A stretch of DNA of 64,000 nucleotides from an uncultured Verrucomicrobiae bacterium (GCA_963789335.1 CAWBKH010000003.1:233757-297756); one strand, 5' to 3'; shown: positions 9,653 through 19,892, counted from the stretch's first letter. Made by a program: numbers and translations. Notes: generated from the letters alone by a model not told the origin.

Positions 9653-10795
9653 TCAATACCTCGGCACATTGGAATCAATTTCCTCCGCCCACGCGTTGAT
9701 GCCGCCCTTGACGCTCTTGAGGTATTTGAAACCTTGTTGTTTCAAAAAGGCGACGGCATGGAGCGAGCGTTCACCAACCTTGCAGTGAAGGTAATATTGC
9801 TGGTTGGGGTCGAGTTCGGTAAAACGTTGCCGGAGCTGGCTCATGGGCAACAGCGGCACGCCGTCAATGTGCGCAATCTCGTATTCGTCCGGCTCGCGGA
9901 TGTCGATCACCTTGATGCCGAGTGCCGGATTATCGAGTGCTTTTTTCATATCCTGCACCGTCACTTCGTCGGGATTCGCCGTCACCGGCTCGGGCACAAT
10001 GCCGCAGAACATTTCGTAATCAATCAATTCCTTGATGGTCGGATGCTCGCCGCAAACGGGGCATTCAGGGTCGCGGCGCAGTTTCAACTCGCGGAACTTC
10101 ATGTCGAGGGCGTTGAACAGCAGCAACCGGCCGACGAGCGAACTACCCCGTCCAATGGCGAGCTTCAAAATTTCCGTGGCCTGGATGCACCCGATGATGC
10201 CCGGCAGCACGCCGAGCACGCCGCCTTCCGCACAACTGGGCACCATGCCGGGCGGCGGTGGTTCGGGATAAAGACAGCGGTAACATGGCCCGCCGAGATG
10301 CGGCGCAAACACGCTGGCCTGTCCTTCAAACCGGAAAATCGAGCCATATACATTCGGCTTTTTGAGCAGCACGCAGGCGTCGTTGGTGAGATAGCGCGTC
10401 GGGAAATTGTCCGTGCCGTCCACCACGATGTCGTAGGGCCGGATCAGGTCGAGCGCGTTTTCGCTCGTGATGCGGGCATTGTGGAGAATGACTTCGCAAT
10501 TTGGGTTAACGCCGTGGAGTGTCTCCTTGGCGGATTGGGCCTTTGGCCGGCCGACGTCGGCGTCCGTGTGCAGAATCTGGCGTTGGAGATTGGAATAATC
10601 CACGGTGTCGAAATCCACGATGCCGATTTTGCCGATGCCGGCGGCGGCGAGATACATGGCAATGGGCGAGCCGAGGCCGCCCGCGCCGATGCACAGCACG
10701 CTGGCGCCCTTGATTTTCTTTTGGCCAGCCAGACCGACTTCCGGCAGAATCAAGTGCCGCGAATACCGGCGGATTTCGTCATTGTTCAATTCCAT
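9653..10795 (-). CDS. moeZ: MoeB/ThiF-type adenylyltransferase fused to a rhodanese domain (MoeZ-like)
   Basis: GxGxxG (GAGGLGSPIAMYLAAAGIG), Zn Cys pairs (CYRC, CPVC), and a C-terminal rhodanese with active-site loop HCKVGERS. Confidence 0.88.
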   Translation of the reverse strand: MELNNDEIRRYSRHLILPEVGLAGQKKIKGASVLCIGAGGLGSPIAMYLAAAGIGKIGIVDFDTVDYSNLQRQILHTDADVGRPKAQSAKETLHGVNPNCEVILHNARITSENALDLIRPYDIVVDGTDNFPTRYLTNDACVLLKKPNVYGSIFRFEGQASVFAPHLGGPCYRCLYPEPPPPGMVPSCAEGGVLGVLPGIIGCIQATEILKLAIGRGSSLVGRLLLFNALDMKFRELKLRRDPECPVCGEHPTIKELIDYEMFCGIVPEPVTANPDEVTVQDMKKALDNPALGIKVIDIREPDEYEIAHIDGVPLLPMSQLRQRFTELDPNQQYYLHCKVGERSLHAVAFLKQQGFKYLKSVKGGINAWAEEIDSNVPRY

Positions 10796-10851
10796 AAATC
10801 GAGCAAATCATAATAGGGCATTTAGAAGAGAAATCAAGCCACCACCAACAC

Positions 10852-11763
10852 ATGAACAACCCAAGCCCGCAAACTGCTGCCCTACGACTAAAAAGGATTT
10901 CCAAATTGTGTCCGACACTCGCCATCGTGCTGGGCAGCGGATTTCATCACGTCTTGACGGCGTTGCGAGTGGACAAAAAGGTTTCCTACGCTAAAATCCC
11001 CGGCTTTCCCGTTCCGGGTGTGAGCGGCCATGCAGGCGAATTGATTTTTGGCAAACTCAGCGACGTGCCGGTCTTGGTTTTGAGCGGGCGGGTGCATTTT
11101 TACGAAGGGCATTCGATGGAATGGCTGACCTTCCCGATTCGGGCCTTGGCCGCGTTTGGCATCCGCGATTTGCTGCTGACAAACGCGGCAGGCGGCATCA
11201 ACAGAGATTTCCGGCCTGGCGATTTCATGGTTTTGACCGACCACATCAATTGGATGGGCGCAAATCCATTGCGCGGCGAGGTTGTGCCGGGCCGGCCACG
11301 GTTTGTGGACATGACCCACGTTTATGACGCGAAGTTGAGCGCGCTTTTGTTCCGCGCCGGAGAAGGTGGCAAGTTGAAGCTGCGGCGCGGCGTCTATCTG
11401 GCCGTAAGCGGGCCGAGCTACGAGACGCCAGCGGAAATCCGCGCGTTCGCCCGACTCGGCGCGGACGCGGTGGGCATGAGCACAGTGCCGGAGGCGATTG
11501 TCGGCCGGCAATGCGGATTGAACGTGGCAGCGGTTTCCTGCATTACAAATCTGGCGGCTGGCATTGGCAAAGGCCAGTTGTCGCACAAGGAAGTATTGAA
11601 AGCCGCGGAGGAGGTGCAAGGGTTGGCAGTGGAATTGCTTAAAAGTTTTGCGAGATATTATGGTAAAACTGACAAGACGCGGTTGCGGCGGATGGAAAAA
11701 GCCGCGCATTGGCCGCCCATCAGGGGTTTACCAGGCGAAAACCCTTGTCGGTGGCTTTCGTGA
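10852..11763 (+). CDS. Purine nucleoside phosphorylase (PNP family I)
   Basis: Blocks SGHAGELIFG, RVHFYEG and GADAVGMSTVPE are typical of inosine/guanosine PNP. The C-terminal 25-30 aa look like read-through extension. Confidence 0.85.
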   Translation: MNNPSPQTAALRLKRISKLCPTLAIVLGSGFHHVLTALRVDKKVSYAKIPGFPVPGVSGHAGELIFGKLSDVPVLVLSGRVHFYEGHSMEWLTFPIRALAAFGIRDLLLTNAAGGINRDFRPGDFMVLTDHINWMGANPLRGEVVPGRPRFVDMTHVYDAKLSALLFRAGEGGKLKLRRGVYLAVSGPSYETPAEIRAFARLGADAVGMSTVPEAIVGRQCGLNVAAVSCITNLAAGIGKGQLSHKEVLKAAEEVQGLAVELLKSFARYYGKTDKTRLRRMEKAAHWPPIRGLPGENPCRWLS

Positions 11764-11815
11764 ACTTGCCTTGAAATTTTCGCAGGAAAACGTAGTCTGA
11801 AGTTTTCGCGATGGA

Positions 11816-13369
11816 ATGAAGCCGGAAATCATATTTGGTCTGGAGAGCGCTCCGTGGCCGGCGTTGCTGGTGGATGCAAAAGGCGTGGTGATGCGCGCCA
11901 ATTCGGCGGCGGCGACCGCGTTCGGCGGGGCGCTGTCGGGCGACGCGCCGTTGCTGTCTGCGATCTGGCCGGCGGAAAACGGCATGACAGCGGTGGATTT
12001 TCTCACGCGTTGGCAACAATCTCCTCTGCCGGTGGTGAGTTTGAAATTTCGCCCGCCGAACGGACCGATGGCCGCCTGTACCGTTTCCATCTGCACCTTC
12101 GCCAAGGACGACCGTAAATGGTTTGTTTTCCAATTGTTGCCCGTTACCGCGCCGCCACCGGCAAAAACTTCAGGGGCCGCGCCGCCACCGGCACCGGCTG
12201 AAAACAAAACGGAACAGGATGCGGCGCTGGCGCTCAAGCAGAAGCTGGATTGCGCCCTGCAACTGGCGCGGACAATATCGCTGGATTTTAACAACGCGCT
12301 CACGAGCATTCTCGGTCATACGTCGTTTTTGTTGAGCAAGGCCGAACCGGGGCATCCGTGGCGGCATTCATTGATGGAGGTGGAAAAATCGGCGTCCAAG
12401 GCGGCGGAAATCGCGAACGAGCTCGCCCTGTTCAGCCAGCAGGAAAAACAGCAGAACCGCCGCGTGCCACCGGGCAACTTGAATGCGGTCACGCAGCGTT
12501 GCGTCGAATTCTTCCGCAACGCCAACGCCGGGCAAATCATGTGGCATACTCAGTTCGAGCGCGAATTGTTCATGGTGCGCTTCGACGAGGCCAAGGTGCA
12601 GCAGGCGTTGACCAAAATTCTGGAGAATGCGGTGGAGGCCCTGAGTGGCACGGGACAAATCGCCGTCCAAACGCGGAACCTGGGGTTGACCGAAGCGACG
12701 CAGGATCGCAACGTGCGTTTAAACCCCGGCACGTATGTGTGCGTTGAAATCGTGGACAACGGCAAAGGCATTGATGCCGACGTATTGCCACGGATTTTCG
12801 AGCCGTTCTTCACAACCAAGAGCAGCAATCACCGCGGGCTCGGACTGGCGTTGGTTTACGGCATCATCACCAATCACGGGGGCGGCGTGGCGGTGTCGAG
12901 CCAGCCGGGCACCGGCACATCGGCGCGCGTTTATCTGCCGGCGGAAAAACAGCTCGTTCTGGAAAGCGCTGACGCGGAGGAAAACCTGAACGGCACGGAA
13001 ACCGTTTTAGTGGTGGACGACGAGGACATCTTGCTGACGATGGCGGAAACGATTTTGTCCGAATACGGTTATCACGTGCTGACGGCCAACAGCGCCCAGA
13101 AGGCCCTCGCGATGTTATCGCGCGACGATGCACATGTGGATTTGGTGGTGACGGATTTGGTGATGCCGACGATGGGCGGCCGCGAATTGGTCGAACGGAT
13201 TCACCAGCTTTCTCCGAAAATGCGTATTTTGTGCGCGAGCGGCTGCGTTTTACCGCCGGATCAGCAGATCGGCCTGCTGTTCTTGCAAAAGCCCTACACC
13301 AGTCATGAATTGCTGAGCAAGGTGCGCCAGGCGCTGGCCATCGAGTCTGCTGAACAAACTGTTGACTAA
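11816..13369 (+). CDS. Hybrid sensor histidine kinase (PAS-like, HisKA, HATPase, receiver)
   Basis: H-box SILGHTSFLL; N/G boxes ILENAVEA, DNGKGI, GLGLALV; C-terminal receiver VLVVDDE...DLVVTDLVMP. Confidence 0.85.
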   Translation: MKPEIIFGLESAPWPALLVDAKGVVMRANSAAATAFGGALSGDAPLLSAIWPAENGMTAVDFLTRWQQSPLPVVSLKFRPPNGPMAACTVSICTFAKDDRKWFVFQLLPVTAPPPAKTSGAAPPPAPAENKTEQDAALALKQKLDCALQLARTISLDFNNALTSILGHTSFLLSKAEPGHPWRHSLMEVEKSASKAAEIANELALFSQQEKQQNRRVPPGNLNAVTQRCVEFFRNANAGQIMWHTQFERELFMVRFDEAKVQQALTKILENAVEALSGTGQIAVQTRNLGLTEATQDRNVRLNPGTYVCVEIVDNGKGIDADVLPRIFEPFFTTKSSNHRGLGLALVYGIITNHGGGVAVSSQPGTGTSARVYLPAEKQLVLESADAEENLNGTETVLVVDDEDILLTMAETILSEYGYHVLTANSAQKALAMLSRDDAHVDLVVTDLVMPTMGGRELVERIHQLSPKMRILCASGCVLPPDQQIGLLFLQKPYTSHELLSKVRQALAIESAEQTVD

Positions 13370-13399
13370 GGTTTAGGTTTTCTGCTAAATACATAACCC

Positions 13400-14281
13400 A
13401 TGCAAATCGAAAGTTTAAAAGTATTCTGTGATTTGGCAGAAACCGAGAGTTTCACCAAGGCCGCCCAAATCAACGGCGTGACCCAATCGGCGGTGAGCCA
13501 GCAAATCAGCTCGCTCGAACGCATCTTCAAATCCCTGCTCATCGAGCGCAGCAAAAAGAAGTTCCGTCTCACGCGCGAGGGCCAGGTGCTCTACGATTAT
13601 AGCAAACAGATCATCCAGACCTACGAGTCGCTGCACAGCAAGCTGCAGGAATTGAAGGACATCATTTCCGGCACCATTCGCGTGGCGACGATTTACAGCA
13701 TCGGCCTGCACGATTTGCCGCCGTACATCAAAAAGTTCATGAAGGTTTATCCGACGGTGAACGTTCACGTCGAATACCGCCGCGCCAATCAGGTGTATGA
13801 GGACGTGCTGGGCAACGTTGTGGATTTGGGGCTGGTCGCGTATCCGGTGAAGGACGCGAAACTGGAAATCATCCCGCTGCGCAAGGAACCGCTCGTGCTC
13901 ATCTGCCATCCGCAGCATCCGTTTGCCAAATTGAAGAACATCAAGCTCAAGGCGCTCGTCGGCCAAAAATTCATCGCCTTCGAACCGGACATCCCAACGC
14001 GCAAAGCGCTGGACAAAATCTTGAAAGAGCACGACGTGGACGTGAACAACGTCATGGAATTCGACAACATCGAAACGGTGAAACGCGCGGTGGAAATTGA
14101 CGCGGGCGTTTCCATCGTGCCGGCAGGCACCGTTGCGCAGGAAGTCAGCAAGCAAACTCTCGCCGCCGTGCCGGTGGAAGACGGCAATTTCTTCCGACCG
14201 CTGGCCATCCTTTACAAGAAAAACAAGGTCCTTTCGCCGGCGATGAAGCAGTTTCTGACCATTCTTAAGGACGTGGTTTAA
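13400..14281 (+). CDS. LysR-family transcriptional regulator
   Basis: N-terminal HTH (FTKAAQINGVTQSAVSQQISSLE) plus a LysR substrate-binding-size C-terminus. 293 aa. Confidence 0.9.
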   Translation: MQIESLKVFCDLAETESFTKAAQINGVTQSAVSQQISSLERIFKSLLIERSKKKFRLTREGQVLYDYSKQIIQTYESLHSKLQELKDIISGTIRVATIYSIGLHDLPPYIKKFMKVYPTVNVHVEYRRANQVYEDVLGNVVDLGLVAYPVKDAKLEIIPLRKEPLVLICHPQHPFAKLKNIKLKALVGQKFIAFEPDIPTRKALDKILKEHDVDVNNVMEFDNIETVKRAVEIDAGVSIVPAGTVAQEVSKQTLAAVPVEDGNFFRPLAILYKKNKVLSPAMKQFLTILKDVV

Positions 14282-14283
14282 AA

Positions 14284-15393
14284 TTATTTCAGATTCGACG
14301 GATTCAGCGGCTTCAAATCCTTCGGCACAAACAAGCCGTCCTTGCGGATGATCTCGCCGTCGAACCACACCTCGCCGCCGCCACACTCCCGGCGTTGAAT
14401 CAGCACCATGTCCCAGTGCACCGCCGAGCGGTTGCCGTTGTCGCATTCCTCGTAGGCCTGCCCCGGCGTAAAGTGCAGGGAGCCGGCGATTTTTTCGTCG
14501 AACAAAATGTCGCACATCGGGTTCAGTATGTAGGGATTGAAGCCGAGTGAGAATTCGCCGACGTAACGCGCTCCGGCGTCGGTATTCAGGATTTCGTTCA
14601 ACCGTTTTGGGTTGTTCGCCGTCGCGTTGATGATTTTGCCGTCCTTGAATTCGAGCCGGACGTTTTCAAATTTTGTTCCCGAATAAATGGTCGGCGTGTT
14701 GAACTGAATCACGCCGTTTACGGAGTTTTTCACCGGACACGAAAACACCTCGCCGTCGGGGATGTTCCGGTCGCCCTTGCACATCTTCGCGCCGATGCCC
14801 TTGATGCTGAACGTCAAATCCGTGCCCGGCGCTTTGAGATGGACCTTGTCAGCGCGCTTCATCCCGCGTTCCAGCGGCACCATCGCGTGCGCCATTTTCG
14901 CGTAGTCCATCGTGCAAACGTCGAAATACAAATTCTCGAACGCCTCGGTGCTCATACCCGCGGCCTGCGCCATGCTCGGCGTCGGCCAGCGCAACACGCA
15001 CCAGCGCGTTTTGTTGACGCGATAATCCTGCACTGGACGGACGATGCGTGAATAAAGCTGCATCCGGTCGCTCGGCACGTCGGAATTCTCGCTAATGTTG
15101 GCGCTGCCACGAATGGCGATGTACGCCTGCATTTTCTTCATGCGGAACATCTCAATGTCGCGAACAAGCGCGGCGTGCTTTTCACTCGTTTCGAGCAACA
15201 GCTCGCGGGAAACGCGCGTGTGCCGGACCTCCACAAGCGGTGTTGCGCCTGCCGCGCGCGCGGCCCGGACGAGTTCGATGCTGAATTCGTCCGGCACGTC
15301 AATCATGTCGAGCAACACGCGGTCGCCTTTTTTTAATTCGGTTGAATACTCCACCAACAGCTTGGCCAGTTTTTTGTAACGCGGATCAGTCAT
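14284..15393 (-). CDS. Aminopeptidase, M29 (AmpS/PepS) family
   Basis: 369 aa with blocks [11 protein letters not shown] and HFTPGQAY...WDMV that I associate with thermophilic metalloprotease M29. Confidence 0.8.
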   Translation of the reverse strand: MTDPRYKKLAKLLVEYSTELKKGDRVLLDMIDVPDEFSIELVRAARAAGATPLVEVRHTRVSRELLLETSEKHAALVRDIEMFRMKKMQAYIAIRGSANISENSDVPSDRMQLYSRIVRPVQDYRVNKTRWCVLRWPTPSMAQAAGMSTEAFENLYFDVCTMDYAKMAHAMVPLERGMKRADKVHLKAPGTDLTFSIKGIGAKMCKGDRNIPDGEVFSCPVKNSVNGVIQFNTPTIYSGTKFENVRLEFKDGKIINATANNPKRLNEILNTDAGARYVGEFSLGFNPYILNPMCDILFDEKIAGSLHFTPGQAYEECDNGNRSAVHWDMVLIQRRECGGGEVWFDGEIIRKDGLFVPKDLKPLNPSNLK

Positions 15394-15519
15394 AAAGTTG
15401 CTTGAGGCTAAGCGTTTAAGCCTGGCAAGTCGAGCCGATTAGCACTTAAAGCCAATTATTTATTGTATTTCGATAAAATATACTTGAATAACAGAATTGA
15501 TGGGTTTATTCTTTGCGCC

Positions 15520-16086
15520 ATGAATATAACCGCACCTATACTGATTCCCGCGTTTTGCCTGTTTTATCTGGCCTTCGGGCGCGATGCTCATAAAACTACC
15601 CTAATTGCCCGCCGCATCCGCATCAAAAAAGCGAGCCGAATCTTCCAGGCCGTGACATGGGTGGGTCTCGTCTTTGGTGCTTACTCGTTTCTGGCCTTTC
15701 TGTTCGGCTGGCCGTTTCGGATCAGCGACATACGGGTGGTTATCTCGCAGCATCACATTTACGAGTCGTCCAGCGAAATGCCGCCAACGATTCTGGCCAT
15801 GTGGATTATCAAAACGTGTCTGGAGTTATTTTGCGCCGGAGTGATGCTCCGGCTGTTCCGGCTTTACGGGCGCGGCATCCTCTTTTCGACCAAGAACGTC
15901 ACCTGCATCCGGTTTCTCGGCTGGTGGCTCATCATTGACTGGGTGATTGATTATCAGATGCAAGGCTTGCTAAAAGACATGGATTTGAGCAGCACGCCCG
16001 TCTTCGTCGGTTTTTTAATCATCTTTGTTGCTTGGATTATGGATGAGGGCCGGAAGATCCAGGAGGAACAGGAGTTAACCGTTTAA
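15520..16086 (+). CDS. DUF2975-like membrane protein, paralog 1
   Basis: I chose the ATG at 15520; the ORF track has an earlier TTG at 15463. About 4 TM segments. The tail AWIMDEGRKIQEEQELTV is identical to paralog 2. It lies upstream of a YozG-like HTH gene, the usual DUF2975 partner (from memory). Confidence 0.65.
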   Translation: MNITAPILIPAFCLFYLAFGRDAHKTTLIARRIRIKKASRIFQAVTWVGLVFGAYSFLAFLFGWPFRISDIRVVISQHHIYESSSEMPPTILAMWIIKTCLELFCAGVMLRLFRLYGRGILFSTKNVTCIRFLGWWLIIDWVIDYQMQGLLKDMDLSSTPVFVGFLIIFVAWIMDEGRKIQEEQELTV

Positions 16087-16106
16087 TCAAAACACTACTC
16101 AAATTT

Positions 16107-16676
16107 ATGAATGCGAATGATATTGCTCCCGTGCGCAACACTGAGCGGCTGAACCGCATCCAATCCGTCAGCCGAGTTGTGCGGTATATCATTCTTGGAT
16201 TTTTCGTCTTAACGATCGGGTTTTGGCTTTTGGCCTTTTTAAACCACCTGTCTTCGTCATTACTTTGGACGGCCAACGGTTTGGGGCGCGCGCTGTTGGA
16301 CGTTTCGCTGACTTCAGTCTTGTGTCTTTGGTATTGGAAACTGGCGAAGCTGTTCCACTTTTACGAGCGCGGTTTGATTTTTTCCACCGGGACCATTCGC
16401 TGCGTCAAGACGCTGGGGGTTTTGTGCGTCATCAACTGGCTGCTCCTTCTGATTCTGAATGTTGCGAATCGCTGGTTTCCCGCGCCACCGCCGCCACCCT
16501 TGCCACCGGGCGTCAAAGTGACGGTTGTAAAATCCAGTTTTCACATGGGCTTCTTTTCTTTTTCAGTTGGCGGAATTAACTTCAACTTCCTGCTGGCTGG
16601 AATCGTCATCATCTTAATCGCGTGGATCATGGACGAAGGCCGGAAAATTCAAGAGGAACAGGAATTGACCGTTTAA
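16107..16676 (+). CDS. DUF2975-like membrane protein, paralog 2
   Basis: 189 aa with the same architecture and an identical 18-aa C-terminal tail. Confidence 0.65.
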   Translation: MNANDIAPVRNTERLNRIQSVSRVVRYIILGFFVLTIGFWLLAFLNHLSSSLLWTANGLGRALLDVSLTSVLCLWYWKLAKLFHFYERGLIFSTGTIRCVKTLGVLCVINWLLLLILNVANRWFPAPPPPPLPPGVKVTVVKSSFHMGFFSFSVGGINFNFLLAGIVIILIAWIMDEGRKIQEEQELTV

Positions 16677-16680
16677 GTTT

Positions 16681-16917
16681 ATGCCCATCATCGTCAATCT
16701 GGACGTGGTTCTCGCGCAGCGGAAAATGCGGCTGAACGATCTGGCGGAGGCCGTCGGCATCACGCCGCAAAACCTGTCCATCCTCAAAACCGGCAAGGCG
16801 CGGGCCGTCCGTTTCTCCACGCTCGAAGCGATTTGCGAAACGCTTGAATGCCAGCCCGGCGAAATTTTGGAATTCCGCCCGGAAACGGCGAAAAAGAAAC
16901 TGGCGGCGCGAAGTTGA
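16681..16917 (+). CDS. Cro/C1 (XRE)-type HTH transcriptional regulator, YozG-like
   Basis: 78 aa with HTH MRLNDLAEAVGITPQNLSILKTGKA. Confidence 0.85.
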   Translation: MPIIVNLDVVLAQRKMRLNDLAEAVGITPQNLSILKTGKARAVRFSTLEAICETLECQPGEILEFRPETAKKKLAARS

Positions 16918-16925
16918 TTTGAGTC

Positions 16926-16997
16926 GTGGCAGCGGACGTGAGTCCGCTCTGTCTTCAAAGAAACTAAACATTTGAGCCGGCTCACCCCGGCTGCTAC
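16926..16997. repeat. GC-rich REP-like inverted repeat (GTRGCAGC...GTGAG type)
   Basis: Left arm GTGGCAGCGGACGTGAGTCCGC versus the reverse complement of the right arm GTAGCAGCCGGGGTGAGCCGGC. Each arm is itself a small hairpin (AGCGGAC/GTCCGCT and GCCGG/CCGGC). A related copy lies at 39061-39136. Confidence 0.6.
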
Positions 16998-17008
16998 AAA
17001 TTTCGGAA

Positions 17009-18919
17009 ATGGATCGTGAAGCGTTGGACAAATTTTGCGAGCGGGGGATTCTGGCGCTTGTACTGGCCATTCTGGTTTTTGGCCCGCTGGCGATGGGGGC
17101 GGTGAACACGTGGGCATTTCTCGTCATTCAAGGGCTCACGATGGGCGTGATGCTGATATGGGCGCTGCGATTATGGGTTAATCCGAACTTCCGACTGCTT
17201 TGGCCGCCGATTTGTTGGGTCGTGCTGGCGTTCACCATTTATGCCATTGGACGTTATCTCACGGCGGACATTGAATACGCGGCGCGGCTGGAATTGATCC
17301 AGGTCCTGGTGTGCGCGTTTTTATTTTTCGCCATCGTCAATAACTTGCACCGCCAGGAAAGCGCCCAAATCGTCAGTTTCACGCTGATTTTTCTGGCGGC
17401 GGGAATTTCAGGTTACGCCGTTTATCAGTTTCTGACGCATTCGGATCGCGTGTGGTGGATCGTTTCGCCATATTATCCCGGACGCGCCTCGGGCACCTAT
17501 GTTTCGCCAAATAATTTTGCCGGGTTTCTCGAAATGCTTTTACCACTGGCACTAGCTTATGCGCTGGCGGGACGCGTCAAACCCTTGGTGCGGGCGCTGC
17601 TCATTTACGCGGTCGTGGGTATTCTGGTGGGCCTGGCGGTGACGTTTTCGCGCGGCGGCTGGGTGGCGGCCGCAATCGGCCTGCTGGCAGTTCTGGCAAT
17701 TTTAATGACCCACCGAAATCACCGCCTGCCATCATTGCTGTTGTTCATCACGATTATTGTGGCGGTCGGTGGAACGATCGTGGCTGCGAAAAACACAGGG
17801 GCGACGTTCAACTATGTTCAGCGGATAGAAAAACCAGCGGCTTTTGTCACAGAGGACTGGGCGGTGCGACGTGACATGTGGGGTGCCGCCTTGAGGATGT
17901 GGCGGGACCATTTCTGGTGGGGTGTCGGGCCGGGTCTTTACGACTATCGCTTCTGGGCCTATCGTCCGGAAAGCATGCAAACGCGCCCGGAGTGGGCGCA
18001 TAATGATTATCTGAATTTATTGGCCGATTGGGGCGCGGTCGGGGGCGTCATTGTGCTGGCGGGCATGGCGATGTTCGGCGTGGGTTTGATTAAAACGTTC
18101 AAATATGTCCGCCCGCCGGCAAATGATCTGGACCGGGTTTTCAGCAATCGCTTCGCTTTTTTTCTTGGCGCGTCCGCCGGTTTGCTCGCGCTGGCAGCGC
18201 ACTCGGTGGTGGATTTCAATCTGCATATTCCGGCCAATGCAATTCTTGGAGTGACGCTGCTGGCGTTGTTGAGCAGCAATCTCCGATTTGCGACAGAACG
18301 CTATTGGTTGGCGATGAGAATTCCAGTTAAGGCGCTGACGGCACTGGTGCTGGCTGCGGGCTTCACTTACTTGGGTTGTCAAGAATGGCACATGGGTCAC
18401 GAACAGCTTTGGTTGATGCGAGCGCAACAGTTGCCGGATTTTTCACCCGTTCGCGCCGCGGCTTTAATCGAGGCGTTTGATGCGGAGCCAAAGAATTTCG
18501 AAACGGCCTACAACATCGGCGAAGCCTATCGCATGCAAAGCTTCAACGGTGGACAAGATTACCAGGCCTTGGCCAAAACGGCAATGGAATGGTATGCCTG
18601 CGGCATGAAACTTGACCGGTATGACGGCTACGCTTATTTGCGCTATGGCATGTGCCTCGACTGGCTGGGGCGTCATGCCGAGGCCGGGCCGTATTTCAGC
18701 CGGGCCGAAGCGCTTGACCCCAACGGTTATTATACGGTTGCCATTGTAGGCTGGCACTACGTGCAAGTGGGGGATTATGCCGCCGCCAGATCATGGATGG
18801 CACGATCCCTGCATCTTCACTGGCAGGAAAATGTGATTGCCAGTTCCTATTTCACGATGGCTGAGCAGAAACTGCTTCAAAACGCCTCCGGCAAAAATCC
18901 TTTACCGGCAGGATTTTAA
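17009..18919 (+). CDS. O-antigen ligase (Wzy_C)-like polytopic membrane protein with C-terminal TPR-like region
   Basis: 636 aa with 10 or more hydrophobic segments, a large loop (WAHNDYLNLLADWG-type block), and a helical-repeat C-terminus. Confidence 0.75.
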   Translation: MDREALDKFCERGILALVLAILVFGPLAMGAVNTWAFLVIQGLTMGVMLIWALRLWVNPNFRLLWPPICWVVLAFTIYAIGRYLTADIEYAARLELIQVLVCAFLFFAIVNNLHRQESAQIVSFTLIFLAAGISGYAVYQFLTHSDRVWWIVSPYYPGRASGTYVSPNNFAGFLEMLLPLALAYALAGRVKPLVRALLIYAVVGILVGLAVTFSRGGWVAAAIGLLAVLAILMTHRNHRLPSLLLFITIIVAVGGTIVAAKNTGATFNYVQRIEKPAAFVTEDWAVRRDMWGAALRMWRDHFWWGVGPGLYDYRFWAYRPESMQTRPEWAHNDYLNLLADWGAVGGVIVLAGMAMFGVGLIKTFKYVRPPANDLDRVFSNRFAFFLGASAGLLALAAHSVVDFNLHIPANAILGVTLLALLSSNLRFATERYWLAMRIPVKALTALVLAAGFTYLGCQEWHMGHEQLWLMRAQQLPDFSPVRAAALIEAFDAEPKNFETAYNIGEAYRMQSFNGGQDYQALAKTAMEWYACGMKLDRYDGYAYLRYGMCLDWLGRHAEAGPYFSRAEALDPNGYYTVAIVGWHYVQVGDYAAARSWMARSLHLHWQENVIASSYFTMAEQKLLQNASGKNPLPAGF

Positions 18920-19018
18920 GGATTGCCGACAAAAATCATGATTTGACTTTTGAACGTCGTGGTTTATATTTTCAAAAAATTGTTTGACAAAAGGAAAAAA
19001 TCCTGAAATGGTGACTTT

Positions 19019-19867
19019 ATGAAATACATACAGACGTTGATTACCATGGCGGTTGGCGGCGCTGTATTAGCGCTGGGTAGCAGCAGCGCAGTCGCGCAAT
19101 CGGTTAAACCTTGTATGGTGACAGTTGTGCGTATTCAAGGCCAGGCACGCTATTCCTTGGGTGACAACACTTGGCACCCGTTGGTTGCCGGCAAGATTCT
19201 GAGAGCCGGGGCCATTATTCAAAGCGGTGCCAACTCGACGGTGGATGTCGTGTTAAGCGGGAACCGGATCGCGATGCCCCAAGCCTCTCCGTCTCCGACC
19301 ACGATTTCGCTCGCAGCCGATCCCAACGTTCGCGGGTTCGTTGCCAACAAACCCATGGTTCAGCAAAATGTAATCCGCATGTTTGGCAATACCGTACTAG
19401 CCGTTGATAAGTTGACCGTCTCAGACACCGGCGTGGACACGGTCAGCGACACGGAACTCGATCTGCGGGCGGGCGGCATTTTCTTACATATAGAGAAAAT
19501 GTCAGCCACGTCACAATTCATTATTAAAATTCCAGACGGTGTGGCGGGCATTCGCGGTTTTATCGGGGAATTGCTATTAGACCAATCTGGCCACGTTGTT
19601 CATTTCGCAACGTATAAAGGTTCAGCGGGACTTTCTATAGTAGGCACAGGCGGTGGCGGCGGCTCGGGTGTCTGGCTTTTGAATGACCTGACAGAATATA
19701 CGCCTATGCATGGTGTCACGCCACTGGGCGGAGACCTTCTACAATCTTTCAAAGGTCTCATACCTGCAGTGCCAACCGGGTATTATATTCTTTCGGGACT
19801 TCCCTACCCGGTTAACCAGATCAACTGCAATTTGTTTGATACCACGCCGTGGCGCCTTGGAGCGTAA
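19019..19867 (+). CDS. Secreted FecR-like domain protein (tentative)
   Basis: Signal peptide (AVLALGSSSAVAQ). The N-terminal block VVRIQGQARYS...W.PLVAGKILRAGAIIQSG resembles FecR-type sensor domains. From memory, unverified. Confidence 0.5.
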   Translation: MKYIQTLITMAVGGAVLALGSSSAVAQSVKPCMVTVVRIQGQARYSLGDNTWHPLVAGKILRAGAIIQSGANSTVDVVLSGNRIAMPQASPSPTTISLAADPNVRGFVANKPMVQQNVIRMFGNTVLAVDKLTVSDTGVDTVSDTELDLRAGGIFLHIEKMSATSQFIIKIPDGVAGIRGFIGELLLDQSGHVVHFATYKGSAGLSIVGTGGGGGSGVWLLNDLTEYTPMHGVTPLGGDLLQSFKGLIPAVPTGYYILSGLPYPVNQINCNLFDTTPWRLGA

Positions 19868-19892
19868 ATTTCCTTCATCTTAGGTGAAGAGC

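Noticed and set aside
18943-18970. Sigma-70-like promoter TTGACT-16 nt-TATATT upstream of the FecR-like gene, and a similar TTGACG-16 nt-TAATTT before 25596.
   Set aside because: These are plausible hexamers, but promoter consensus in this lineage is unknown to me and AT-rich spacers give such matches by chance. Not reported as features.
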